From: an uncultured Candidatus Saccharibacteria bacterium
Lineage (GTDB): Bacteria; Patescibacteriota; Minisyncoccia; UBA6257; 2-01-FULL-56-20
Direction: 5' to 3'
Assembly (NCBI GenBank): GCA_964361595.1
Contig: CAYIAX010000003.1
Coordinates: 6,071-70,070, forward strand
DNA: 64,000 bases
Part shown: positions 30,017-38,678 of the stretch, piece by piece
How positions within the stretch are numbered: position 1 is the first letter of the stretch
How the letters are laid out: the number at the start of each line of letters is the position of its first letter
Notes under the pieces: model-generated
Databases searched by the model: none
Told to the model about the DNA's origin: nothing
The model's input: only the letters and a program-made list of their open reading frames with translations
Position numbers and translations under genes: made by a program

Positions 30017-30360
30017 GGTTTAAAATATTCCGTGACGGCGCGGGTGTCGGCGGCGATGGCCTCGCGCAGGGAAAGATCATCCGTGAAATTTTTATCCTCG
30101 CGGATCTTTTTATAGAGTTCGGCGCTGATTTCGCGTCCGTAAAGATTGCCGGAAAAATTAAAGAGATAAGCTTCGAGCAAGCCGCGTTTTTGATCGGCGT
30201 AAGCCGCGGCGATATACTCGCGCCCGTCCACCGTCACCTTTGCCGCATAAATGCCGGATAAATTCTTGTTTGCGAGCGATATATTTACGGTCGGAAAGCC
30301 GAGGGCGCTAGCTCTGCCCGTTCCGCGCTGGACCATACCGGTAAAGGTCATATCGCTCAT
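30013..30360 (-). CDS. riboflavin kinase domain protein (monofunctional, RibF C-terminal-like)
   Basis: GTGRASALGFPTVNI matches the flavokinase GxGRGxxLGFPTAN motif. At 115 aa it lacks the FAD synthetase domain. Confidence 0.7.
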   Translation of the reverse strand: MSDMTFTGMVQRGTGRASALGFPTVNISLANKNLSGIYAAKVTVDGREYIAAAYADQKRGLLEAYLFNFSGNLYGREISAELYKKIREDKNFTDDLSLREAIAADTRAVTEYFKP

Positions 30361-30367
30361 AATTGAA

Positions 30368-30907
30368 CTACAGCGTCAAGCAATAGATCGGCGAATCAGG
30401 CAGGTCTTGGCAGTCTACGCCGTAAAGATTAGGACTGTCGTTGTCCTCGGCGAGCGCGGGGTTGTCATTTTCTTCGAGCTTCGCGCCCAACACATAAATA
30501 CTGCCGTTCGGCGATCCATAGCGATAGACAAATCCATTCGCGGGCACATTGCGGGGATCATGCGAAACGCTCGAGATGCCCAAATTGGAGTTTTGAAGGC
30601 AGGAGACAAGATTGTTCCAGTTGTCGGCCGGACTGCCGCCGGTCGTGCCGTTGCAGGCAGGTACGCAATCGCCGCCGCCCGCGCAACCCGCGCCGCTATA
30701 GGGGTAGCGTCCGTAACGGTTAAAAAATATCTCGAGGCCGTGCTGGGCCTGCCGCAGATCGCTTAGGCGCCTAGTATCCCGGCCTTTTTTCTGCATGGGC
30801 GCGAGGCCGATCAAAACGAGCGAGACCAAAAGCCCGATGACCGCCACCACGATCAGGATTTCGATGAGCGTAAATCCGGATTTTAATCCGTTTTTATGTT
30901 TTCGCAC
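30368..30907 (-). CDS. prepilin-type N-terminal methylation domain protein (type IV pilin-like)
   Basis: KSGFTLIEILIVVAVIGLLVSL at the N-terminus, and a C-terminal Cys pair. Confidence 0.7.
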   Translation of the reverse strand: MRKHKNGLKSGFTLIEILIVVAVIGLLVSLVLIGLAPMQKKGRDTRRLSDLRQAQHGLEIFFNRYGRYPYSGAGCAGGGDCVPACNGTTGGSPADNWNNLVSCLQNSNLGISSVSHDPRNVPANGFVYRYGSPNGSIYVLGAKLEENDNPALAEDNDSPNLYGVDCQDLPDSPIYCLTL

Positions 30908-30963
30908 TGTGCTTTAAGTCTACTATTTTTAATTCTTTCGGCCAAACCGGATTTGTTCATAGC

Positions 30964-31527
30964 TTGCCTTCGGGCCTATTCCTCGCCTACAATGCCCTTG
31001 TGCCCAGGAATTTCAAAGAAAAACTGCAATATGCCTTTTGGCGGATCTGCATCTATCCCATCTTTCCTTTCTTGCGCAGGGTGATCGGGTCATTCAAATT
31101 CATGCGCCGCTGGGGGCACGAATACCGCGGCCGCCGCCAGCGATATCTTTTGGGCAAGCTCAAGGTCGGCAAATCAATGCCTGAATTTCTCAAGTTCCTC
31201 GAGCGCGAAGGATTTACGAATCATTTCGTCGCTTGGCTGGATCCTGGGCAGTACGTGAGCCTGCGCAAAAAACTTAATTTTGAGGAGCAGTATCATCTGC
31301 GTATTTTTAAGGACGGCGAAGTGCGCGGCCATTATGAAAAAACTCCGGAGGCCCATCCCTTCAAACACTTTTTTGAGATCGGCGAAGCGGAACGCCGCGC
31401 CGAGCTCACTGCGTATTTGAAAGATTGGATTGCGCCCGTTGCGGATCCTAAAGATTATTTGATAGAAGGAAAAACCAGTTCCCAAAGCATACCCGAGACA
31501 TCGCGCGCCCGCCCGCGAAAAGGGTAG
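30964..31527 (+). CDS. hypothetical protein
   Basis: 187 aa ORF. It converges on the ATP-grasp gene and overlaps it by about 70 nt. No motif recognised. Confidence 0.35.
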   Translation: MPSGLFLAYNALVPRNFKEKLQYAFWRICIYPIFPFLRRVIGSFKFMRRWGHEYRGRRQRYLLGKLKVGKSMPEFLKFLEREGFTNHFVAWLDPGQYVSLRKKLNFEEQYHLRIFKDGEVRGHYEKTPEAHPFKHFFEIGEAERRAELTAYLKDWIAPVADPKDYLIEGKTSSQSIPETSRARPRKG

Positions 31528-32738
31528 TGGTGGAGATCAAGGAAGGGCAGGCTGTTGCATTCGATTACGCCGCAGCGTTTTTGCCTGCGCCAGGATTTTT
31601 CCATGTCGCCGATCATGAAATCAATGCCGACCACGGAATCATTCAATACATCAGCTGCGTGCTCAAAGAGTGAAATATTTTCGGGATGCACGGAATCCGT
31701 AACATCGGTCGTGGTGCCGCCGGTTTTGCGCGAAAGCGAATCCCGCAAGATCACACTCGTGCCTTTTTTAGGAACGCTCGACCAGCTAAAGCCCTGCGTT
31801 TGGATTTTACTCATCGCGGCTGTATCAACGAGAAGAGAATGAAAAATCGGGCCCGTACGCAGGGGATTTTTATTTTCCGCTTCAATTAGCTCGCGGATGG
31901 TATTTTTGCCGTTGCCCAGGACGAGTGGCGGATCGCGCCGCAGAACACCGGCCACGCGGCCGCCGATAAGCGTAACCCGGAAAACCGAACCGGCCAATTG
32001 CTCTTCGACCACCGCCCAGGGTGAGAGCTGTTTGGCTATACGAAAAGCATGCTGGAGTTCCGTCTCATTAGTTATGTACGCGGTTGTGTGGCGGCTGCGC
32101 GAGCCTACGTGCGGCTTAACCACGAGCGGCGGGCCGATCGTTTCAAGCACGCGTTTGGCTTGGCCGAGCGTAAAACAGCGCTCGCCGCGCGCGACGGGAA
32201 TCTTCGCTTTTTTGAAGCGCGGAATGATCGAAGCCTTGTCATCGAGCCAATCTAAGGATGCCGGCGGGACATGTTCGGGGCGGGGCAAGCCGTCAAAAAT
32301 TCTTACCTCCTTGCCGAAACGGGCGAGAAAGAAATTGGATTCGGGTTTGCCGAATAATCTGAACTCAAAAAGCGAAATGCCCCGCTTCGCGGCCGATTCC
32401 CAGATCGCTTTCGTGCGCAGGGAATCTTTTGTATCCGGTTCGCGCAAAAATTCAAGCATGCCGATCCAGGCCAGAAGTCTTGCGAGCGGAAATTCGAAAT
32501 ACCGCAAAGGCAGTTTCATAAATAGCGGCAGGACCGCCCGCGAGATCATCTCAAACGGCCAGACGAGGGGATAGAGCAGGGTGTCGAGCAAGGCGCTTAG
32601 CCACTCGGTCGTATGGTTCACGGGCACGGCGCCGCAGGCGGCACAAGGCTTCATGGGAACATCATAGCAGAATTTCCCGCGACGCGGATTGAAAACTGAA
32701 AAATCGCTAATTAATTGCCATGACTGTATACTAATCAC
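31455..32738 (-). CDS. ATP-grasp domain ligase (CphA/RimK-like ATP-grasp fold) with hydrophobic N-terminal region
   Basis: LGNGKNTIRELIEAEN...NPLR, SxGGTTTDVTD and GIDFM...IIECNSLP match the ATP-grasp B/C subdomain pattern seen in cyanophycin synthetase-type ligases. Confidence 0.6.
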   Translation of the reverse strand: MISIQSWQLISDFSVFNPRRGKFCYDVPMKPCAACGAVPVNHTTEWLSALLDTLLYPLVWPFEMISRAVLPLFMKLPLRYFEFPLARLLAWIGMLEFLREPDTKDSLRTKAIWESAAKRGISLFEFRLFGKPESNFFLARFGKEVRIFDGLPRPEHVPPASLDWLDDKASIIPRFKKAKIPVARGERCFTLGQAKRVLETIGPPLVVKPHVGSRSRHTTAYITNETELQHAFRIAKQLSPWAVVEEQLAGSVFRVTLIGGRVAGVLRRDPPLVLGNGKNTIRELIEAENKNPLRTGPIFHSLLVDTAAMSKIQTQGFSWSSVPKKGTSVILRDSLSRKTGGTTTDVTDSVHPENISLFEHAADVLNDSVVGIDFMIGDMEKSWRRQKRCGVIECNSLPFLDLHHYPFRGRARDVSGMLWELVFPSIK

Positions 32739-34013
32739 ATGGCTAAATCCGGTTTTTATAATTTAGGCATCGCTCCGAATATCTTGGAGATGCTCGAGCG
32801 GCTTAAATTTACTATTCCCACGCCGATCCAGGAGAAATGCATTCCGGCGGCGGTTGAGGGCAAAGATCTTGTCGGTGTTGCGCAGACCGGAACCGGCAAA
32901 ACACTCGCCTTCGCCGTGCCGATGATCCAGAGAGCGCTTGCCGGGAAGCAGGGCTTAGTTGTTGTGCCTACGCGCGAATTGGCCTTGCAGGTGGACAGCG
33001 TGTTTCGTGAAGTGGGGACAGCGCTTGGTATTCGGACAGCGGTCTTGATCGGCGGCGAGTCTATCGGCAGGCAATTCCAGGCTCTGCGCAGGCATCCGCA
33101 AATTTTGATCGTCACGCCCGGGCGGCTTGTTGATCACCTGGAACAGAAGACGGTTACGTTAAAACAGATTGCGACGCTGGTTTTAGATGAGGCAGACCGC
33201 ATGCTCGATATGGGATTTGCGCCCCAGCTCAAGCGAATTATCTCCGCTCTGCCGAAGGAACGGCAGACTCTGCTTTTTTCCGCGACGATGCCGGCGAATA
33301 TAGTCCGCATCGCGCAGGAATATTTGAAATTGCCGACGCGGGTTGAAATCGCGCCGTCGGGCACGACAGTCGAAAAGGTTACCCAGGAGCTTTTCTTCGT
33401 GGAGAAGCCTGATAAGCCGCGGCTCTTGGAAAAAATTTTAGGCGAATACCGGGGCTCGGTGCTCGTTTTCTCTCGCACCAAGCACGGCGCAAAAAGAATT
33501 GCGGCGAGCGTGCGCAATCTGGGCTATGCCGCGGCGGAACTGCACTCCAATCGCTCCCTGGGCCAGCGGAAAGAAGCGATGGACGGATTTAGGAACGGCA
33601 GATACCGCGTGCTCGTGGCCACCGATATCGCGGCGCGCGGCATTGATGTGCAGGGGATTGAGCTGGTTTTGAATTATGACCTGCCGCAAAGTTCGGAAGA
33701 TTACGTGCATCGCATCGGCCGCACGGCGCGCGCCGGCGGCGTCGGACACGCAATTTCTTTCGCCACGCCGGACGAGCGGAACGATGTGCGCGATATCGAA
33801 CGCCTGATCCGTTCCGTCCTGCCGCTTTCAAAGCTGCCTAATCTTCCGCCGGCGCGGACATTCGCGCCTGCCGGACGCGGGCAATTCACTCCGCAGTTTA
33901 ATAAGGCTCCCCGCCGTTTCGGCGGCGGCTCGCGCTCACAGCCGCGCTCCGGTTTTCCTCCCCGCCCAGCTTCGCATAAGCGCCGTTTCGGTGGCTCGCG
34001 GTGGAGAAGGTAG
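32739..34013 (+). CDS. DEAD-box ATP-dependent RNA helicase
   Basis: Q-motif, AQTGTGKT (I), PTRELA (Ia), DEAD (II), SAT (III), HRIGRTAR (VI), and a C-terminal Arg/Gly-rich tail. Confidence 0.9.
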   Translation: MAKSGFYNLGIAPNILEMLERLKFTIPTPIQEKCIPAAVEGKDLVGVAQTGTGKTLAFAVPMIQRALAGKQGLVVVPTRELALQVDSVFREVGTALGIRTAVLIGGESIGRQFQALRRHPQILIVTPGRLVDHLEQKTVTLKQIATLVLDEADRMLDMGFAPQLKRIISALPKERQTLLFSATMPANIVRIAQEYLKLPTRVEIAPSGTTVEKVTQELFFVEKPDKPRLLEKILGEYRGSVLVFSRTKHGAKRIAASVRNLGYAAAELHSNRSLGQRKEAMDGFRNGRYRVLVATDIAARGIDVQGIELVLNYDLPQSSEDYVHRIGRTARAGGVGHAISFATPDERNDVRDIERLIRSVLPLSKLPNLPPARTFAPAGRGQFTPQFNKAPRRFGGGSRSQPRSGFPPRPASHKRRFGGSRWRR

Positions 34014-34273
34014 GGTTTTTAGAGGAATGTTGTCCTGGGTCAACTCTGGAGCGCTGTGCTACAGCCAGATACCCCACGAAATTTGGTTGATACGGTATTC
34101 GTACGGGCTTGCAGTAGCAAGCGGATCGCCGTATTTTCAGTTGTCGGGAGCGCGTGTGCCGATACTTCAATCATTGAACAATTCCATAGAATTGTTCAAT
34201 CGAAATTGTCCACTTCCTTTACTTGCTTTACTTGCGAATTTGTTCCCACCTCCTTTTATTGTTGCTAAAAAAG

Positions 34274-34307
34274 CAACATTCTAACATTCTGCAGAATGTT
34301 AGAATGT
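34274..34307. repeat. perfect 34 bp palindrome AACATTCTAACATTCT-GC-AGAATGTTAGAATGTT (ACATTCT-heptamer palindrome family, copy 1)
   Basis: Read directly; the reverse complement is identical. Confidence 0.9.
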
Positions 34308-34318
34308 TGTAATCCAGA

Positions 34319-34354
34319 ATTTACGTACGGAATTACGTAATTCCGTACGTAAAT
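34319..34354. repeat. perfect 36 bp palindrome ATTTACGTACGGAATTACGTAATTCCGTACGTAAAT
   Basis: Read directly; reverse complement identical. Lies 12 bp from copy 1 of the ACATTCT palindrome. Confidence 0.9.
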
Positions 34355-34423
34355 GTTTAAATTTTGCCGATCGCGGCGAAAACGATTTTTTAAACTCGCA
34401 AGGCAGGTTTGGCCGCAAACAAA

Positions 34424-34753
34424 CTATTTGGACTTAGATTGTTTGTTAAGCACCACTTTCTGTACCGAGGGGCTTACTGGTTTATCTGTCCGGTGAATAC
34501 AACCAGCCCAACAACAAGGCCGGCGCTTTCCTGCTTTTAGCTCTGTGATCGTCCGCTCGATATGATTTTTTCTAGTCTCCGACTTCTTGGCGGAGACAAT
34601 CCAGCAGATCCATTCGTTGTGTGCTAGTGGCGTAATATCCTCCCACGCTCTCCGCGCCGCTGGAGCAGAAGCAAGGGCGTTTCGTAAATCCGGTGGCACG
34701 CTGTGCACCGTATCGACGGCAAATTCATTTTTTAACTTTGAAAACTTCGCCAT
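34424..34753 (-). CDS. YdeI/OmpD-associated (OmdA) family protein
   Basis: PPDLRNALASAPAARRAWEDITPLAHNEWICWIVSAKKSETRKNHIERTITELKAGKRRP matches the YdeI C-terminal domain pattern. Confidence 0.6.
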   Translation of the reverse strand: MAKFSKLKNEFAVDTVHSVPPDLRNALASAPAARRAWEDITPLAHNEWICWIVSAKKSETRKNHIERTITELKAGKRRPCCWAGCIHRTDKPVSPSVQKVVLNKQSKSK

Positions 34754-35981
34754 TTTCTCCCCACGTCACCTTCCCATCTCGGCTTATGACAACATCGATA
34801 TAATTTTTTTTCTCGGGATATTCCGTTCCTTTTTCTTTCAAATTTATTTTCACTCCCTTAATGTTAAACCTACCAGTTAAAGCTAAAAGTCTTTTTTGTA
34901 ATTCCTCTGTGCTTCTCCACCCTCCTACCAAAAACATTTCAATTTCATCCTTTGGAATTCCGGACAATTCCAAGCCGCTTTCAAGCCTGCTCAAAATATC
35001 CGTTTCATTTTGTGTTGCCTCCATATGTGCAAAACCGAGTATCATTGCCCCTTCTTTTGTTTTACCTTTTGCACAAATAACCACACACGGACCAACACCA
35101 GTAGTTCCTATTGGTCCTTTGTCTGCTGGAATAATCTGAATATCGCCTTGCTTAACAAAAACACCCGATTCAACAGATTCTGTGGCCTGATCTATTTCGT
35201 TGGTAGCTGAAAGTTGGACAATCTTTTCTTGATATTCCCTTTCCTTTTTACGTCGCGATTGAATTTTTGCTTCAACTCCAAGTGGAAGCTGTATATTCAA
35301 CCGAGGATGTTTCTCTAGCAAATCCCTTATTAAGGGCATGGCTTTTAAGTCGCCAAAGGCAAATAATATCTCTGTCGGCGGAATGTAGCTTAGAATGGCA
35401 ACCGACTTTTTATCTGTGTCAATATTTACACAGAAAGAGTAATCCTCTCCTTCTATAGTACGGCTAAAACTTACCCGCCAAAATCCCTCATATACTCTTT
35501 CAAGGCCGGTAGTTATAGCGGTATCAACCCCAAGGAATTCTTCCAAGTCTGCGTTCGCCTTAGCCATTGTATCCCTGAATCCTTGTTTTTGATAGCTACC
35601 CTTACCCAATTCATTGAAATGTACAATCTTGTCTAATTCTTGATATATAAAATCATTATCTTTTCCTTCTTTATATTCCCACGTCATGTCCATTGGCCTA
35701 TCTTCAACAATGTTTTTTAATAAAGTATTTCTTCTCATCACTTCTAAGGCATTAGGAAGACCGGGATAATCTTTTGCATAGGTTTCGGCTTGTTGCGGTG
35801 ACCAAAAGCCAACTTTTTGGACTTTTTGTAATAAATCTAGAGCTTCATAAATATAAGTTGAATATTCCCCCGATTTATTTCGATCCATACTCACCGCCGG
35901 ATTTTTTAGTGAGGCCGTAGAAAATAAAATGATTTGCCCTTCTCCTGATTCAGTTGGTGATTTTTCAAATGGTGATTCCAT
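34725..35981 (-). CDS. hypothetical protein (418 aa), AT-rich, possible Cys/His hydrolase
   Basis: Long ORF with lower GC than the flanks. GVGPCVVICAKG...AMILGFAHM suggests a Cys...His pair. No family assigned. Confidence 0.5.
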   Translation of the reverse strand: MESPFEKSPTESGEGQIILFSTASLKNPAVSMDRNKSGEYSTYIYEALDLLQKVQKVGFWSPQQAETYAKDYPGLPNALEVMRRNTLLKNIVEDRPMDMTWEYKEGKDNDFIYQELDKIVHFNELGKGSYQKQGFRDTMAKANADLEEFLGVDTAITTGLERVYEGFWRVSFSRTIEGEDYSFCVNIDTDKKSVAILSYIPPTEILFAFGDLKAMPLIRDLLEKHPRLNIQLPLGVEAKIQSRRKKEREYQEKIVQLSATNEIDQATESVESGVFVKQGDIQIIPADKGPIGTTGVGPCVVICAKGKTKEGAMILGFAHMEATQNETDILSRLESGLELSGIPKDEIEMFLVGGWRSTEELQKRLLALTGRFNIKGVKINLKEKGTEYPEKKNYIDVVISRDGKVTWGENGEVFKVKK

Positions 35982-36043
35982 AGGCTTATTTTAATAAATT
36001 TTCAGAAGTCGGGGTGGGCGAGTCAATGACTTCATTTCCCAAC

Positions 36044-36133
36044 TGGCGGTGGGTGGAGGATTCGAACCTCCGAGGGGATTTCTCCCCAACCGCATTTCGA
36101 GTGCGGCGCGTTAGACCACTCTGCCAACCCACC
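36044..36133 (-). tRNA. tRNA-Ser (anticodon CGA), CCA encoded
   Basis: Cloverleaf by eye: acceptor GGTGGGT/ACCCACC, anticodon stem CCGCA/TGCGG, loop CTCGAAA, long variable arm, T-arm GGAGG-TTCGAAT-CCTCC. Confidence 0.8.
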
Positions 36134-36209
36134 TTATCTCTTTATTCCGGCTACAGTATATAATGGAAAATGATAGGATTTCAATAAAGGTCGAGATTTT
36201 AACTCCAAT

Positions 36210-36428
36210 ATGCAAATTTTCCCTAACTTCAGTTTACCGTGGTATGGGCTTGTGCCCTTGCTCGCTTGGTCCATCGTTTGGAAAGGTTTGGCGTTGTGGA
36301 AGGCTGCGGACCGCCGAGAAAAAATTTGGTTCTGGGTGCTTTTGGTCGTGAACACAGTCGGAATTCTGGAGATCCTGTATCTCTACGTTTTTAGCAAGAA
36401 AACTCCAACTGGAAATCCCGGTGTTTAG
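36210..36428 (+). CDS. small membrane protein (two TM helices)
   Basis: 72 aa ORF with two hydrophobic helices (LVPLLAWSIVWKGLALW; IWFWVLLVVNTVGILEILYLYVF). Confidence 0.35.
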   Translation: MQIFPNFSLPWYGLVPLLAWSIVWKGLALWKAADRREKIWFWVLLVVNTVGILEILYLYVFSKKTPTGNPGV

Positions 36429-36439
36429 AACTTTGCTTA

Positions 36440-36800
36440 CTCTAGCTTATCAAGTGTTTATACCGAGCTAATCGAAGTGTGCCCTCGGGAAGAAGCGAAC
36501 ATCGGTCGCCGTAGGCAACCTCCTTCAGAACCCTCGGTTCTGAATTCCGCCAGCTGGCGGACTCCTACACGGGAGGAATCTTATACTTTCCTCCCGACCC
36601 CTCCTTCGGTTCAATTCTTCCCTCGTTGCGCCCTCGGGAAGAATTGAACTCCCATCAACCCCTTAGGACGGGGCTGTTCTTCCGTTGAACTACGAGGGCG
36701 AAGATCGTTTGTAAGCTTATCATTTTTATGATATTTTTCAATCGCCGACGAGTTCGTCCAGATTCGCATTTATAGTCCGCACGAGGGGGGGTTACCCTGA
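36440..36800 (+). ncRNA. possible structured non-coding RNA region (unclassified)
   Basis: A 360 bp ORF-poor interval between a tRNA-Ser and a tRNA-Ala. It holds several strong hairpins (14 bp stem GTTCAATTCTTCCC...GGGAAGAATTGAAC; ACGGGAGGAA...TTTCCTCCCG; CAGAACC-CTCG-GTTCTGA) and a direct repeat GCCCTCGGGAAGAA x2. No match to RNase P, tmRNA or SRP consensus could be made by eye. Confidence 0.2.
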
Positions 36801-36811
36801 GCCGTATTGAA

Positions 36812-36882
36812 GGGCCTATAGTAAAATGGTATTACGCCTCCATGGCATGGAGGAGGTCGGGGTTCGATTCCCCATAGGTCCA
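36812..36882 (+). tRNA. tRNA-Ala (anticodon GGC)
   Basis: Acceptor GGGCCTA/TAGGTCC with the G3:U70 Ala identity pair, D-stem GTAA/TTAC, anticodon stem CCTCC/GGAGG, loop ATGGCAT, T-loop TTCGATT, discriminator A. Confidence 0.7.
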
Positions 36883-36939
36883 CGGGAAAAATTAATTTTA
36901 AATACTTCCAGACCATCTGCGCGTTGTATCAAAGAAAAG

Positions 36940-37599
36940 ATGAAAACGGTTTTGAACTATCTGGGCCAATTGAGAATCTATTCTTTTTTGGATTTGTTGG
37001 TTTTTGCAACGGCGCTGACAAAAGAAATAAATATTATTGTTGGCATTGGGCTTTTATGGCTGGGTTTTTTGTTTTATTTGGAAAGCCGCCACGACGACGA
37101 ATTCAGGTTAAAGATAAATAAGTATTTATGGACTGGGCCGTTCGCGTTTTCACTGGTTCTCTTGCCGGTTTGGATTTGTTTAAGCTTCGCGCTTTTTTCT
37201 TACCTCTATACCAAGAAAAAACAGCATGCGGCATGGGGTGTTTCGGCTCCCCTGTGGCGAGCTCTCCAAAACGGGATCATCGCGGCTGGTTTTAATTTCC
37301 AGTTGGCAATTTTAGCATTTATTTTGATTTTTATCCGGAATGTAATTGCCGATTTCAGAGACGCGCATGACGACAAGCAAAGAGGAATTCTAACCATTCC
37401 TGTCGTTCTGGGCGTAGGTAAAAATCAAGCATGGGCATTTTATGTTCACCTCATGCTGGTGGTTGCCGCAACCATAATCTGGCTCAATTTTTCATTTTTT
37501 GACAGCCGTTTAATTTTGCCAATTATTTTATTCCAGCTCTTTTCTTACCCGCTAACCCCGCGTCTAAGCAATCCGCGGTACTTGAATATTTACGGCTAA
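36940..37599 (+). CDS. polytopic membrane protein, possible UbiA-family prenyltransferase (short form)
   Basis: Multiple TM helices. The Asp-rich segment IADFRDAHDDKQRG resembles the second Asp-rich motif of UbiA-type prenyltransferases. Start moved to the ATG after the tRNA-Ala. Confidence 0.4.
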   Translation: MKTVLNYLGQLRIYSFLDLLVFATALTKEINIIVGIGLLWLGFLFYLESRHDDEFRLKINKYLWTGPFAFSLVLLPVWICLSFALFSYLYTKKKQHAAWGVSAPLWRALQNGIIAAGFNFQLAILAFILIFIRNVIADFRDAHDDKQRGILTIPVVLGVGKNQAWAFYVHLMLVVAATIIWLNFSFFDSRLILPIILFQLFSYPLTPRLSNPRYLNIYG

Positions 37600-37618
37600 A
37601 TAATTCAGAATTACTTAA

Positions 37619-38326
37619 ATGCCTCAAAATCCACTCCATGTAGTTTTAATCCCTGATGGCAACCGCCGCTGGGCGCGCGCGCAGGGCCTGCCGGAGCTTT
37701 TGGGCCATCGGGAAGGCGCGAAGGCCACGGAAAAGATTTTGGATGCCGCCCTTAAAACCGACATTACTCATCTGACTTTCTGGGGCGCATCCGTGGCGAA
37801 CTTAACGAAGCGTTCGCCCGAGGAAGTGGGGGCGCTGGCGGAAATTTTTGAGATTTATTTCAAGAAATTGGCGGAGCATCCCAGGTTACATGAACACAAG
37901 ATCCGCGTCCGCGTACTTGGGCGGTGGGCGGAACTCTTGCCGGCTCCGACCGTGGCCGCCGTAGAGAACATAATTAAAGTTACGGAGGGATACGGCGAGC
38001 GCAATCTTACGGTGCTGCTTGCTTATACTGGCACCGACGAGATACTTTACGCCATTAACCGCATTGCGAATGCGGCTCGCAAGGACCTCGAACTCGTCAT
38101 TGATGAAAAATTTGTCAAAATGAATTTATGGACGGCGGAATTGCCGCCGGTTGATTTTGTGATCCGCACGGGCGGCGAGCCGCATTGGTCGGCAGGGATG
38201 CTCATGTGGGACGTGGCCGAGGCGCATCTTCACTTCGCGGAAACTTTCTGGCCGGCCTTCAGCGAAACCGAGTTTCTAAAAGCCCTGGAAAATTTCAAAA
38301 ACACCGCGCGCCGCTTCGGCCAATAA
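37619..38326 (+). CDS. uppS: undecaprenyl diphosphate synthase (cis-isoprenyl transferase)
   Basis: HVVLIPDGNRRWA (cf. HVAIIMDGNGRWA), and RTGGEPHWS resembling the C-terminal RTSGExRxS motif. Confidence 0.85.
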   Translation: MPQNPLHVVLIPDGNRRWARAQGLPELLGHREGAKATEKILDAALKTDITHLTFWGASVANLTKRSPEEVGALAEIFEIYFKKLAEHPRLHEHKIRVRVLGRWAELLPAPTVAAVENIIKVTEGYGERNLTVLLAYTGTDEILYAINRIANAARKDLELVIDEKFVKMNLWTAELPPVDFVIRTGGEPHWSAGMLMWDVAEAHLHFAETFWPAFSETEFLKALENFKNTARRFGQ

Positions 38327-38334
38327 AACCATAC

Positions 38335-38366
38335 CCTTAAAAACTTGAGAACTTGAGATTTTAAGG
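38335..38366. repeat. 32 bp inverted-repeat arm (left) CCTTAAAAACTTGAGAACTTGAGATTTTAAGG
   Basis: Exact reverse complement of 38679-38710. Contains an internal tandem ACTTGAGA x2 flanked by CCTTAAAA/TTTTAAGG. Confidence 0.9.
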
Positions 38367-38387
38367 ATATGGTGCGATAATAAAATC

Positions 38388-38672
38388 ATGGGGAAAATAA
38401 AAACTGCGAGGCAAATGGAACGCCACTTAAAGGGGATGGCCAACCACCACCGCATCAACATTTTACTGCTTATCGCTCAAAGGGACGGAATAACTTTTGA
38501 GGAAATTGCGAGAACCCTAGAGGCAAATGAAAAGACAATTGGTGAACATGCAAGGCGGTTGCATCAAGCGGGGCTGGTTAATAAATCATATCAAGGCAAA
38601 TTTGTGGAATATACACTATCTCCATACGGCAAAATATTCGTCCGTTTTCTTAAATCTTTCCAAAGCATTTAA
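38388..38672 (+). CDS. ArsR-family winged-helix transcriptional regulator
   Basis: HHRINILLLIAQRDGITFEEIARTLEANEKTIGEHARRLHQAGLV is an ArsR/SmtB-type HTH. The gene is bracketed by a perfect 32 bp inverted repeat. Confidence 0.6.
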   Translation: MGKIKTARQMERHLKGMANHHRINILLLIAQRDGITFEEIARTLEANEKTIGEHARRLHQAGLVNKSYQGKFVEYTLSPYGKIFVRFLKSFQSI

Positions 38673-38678
38673 CAACAT

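Noticed and set aside
31897-32574. 225 aa plus-strand ORF
   Set aside because: It lies entirely antisense within the ATP-grasp gene, which carries recognisable ATP-grasp motifs. No motif of its own.
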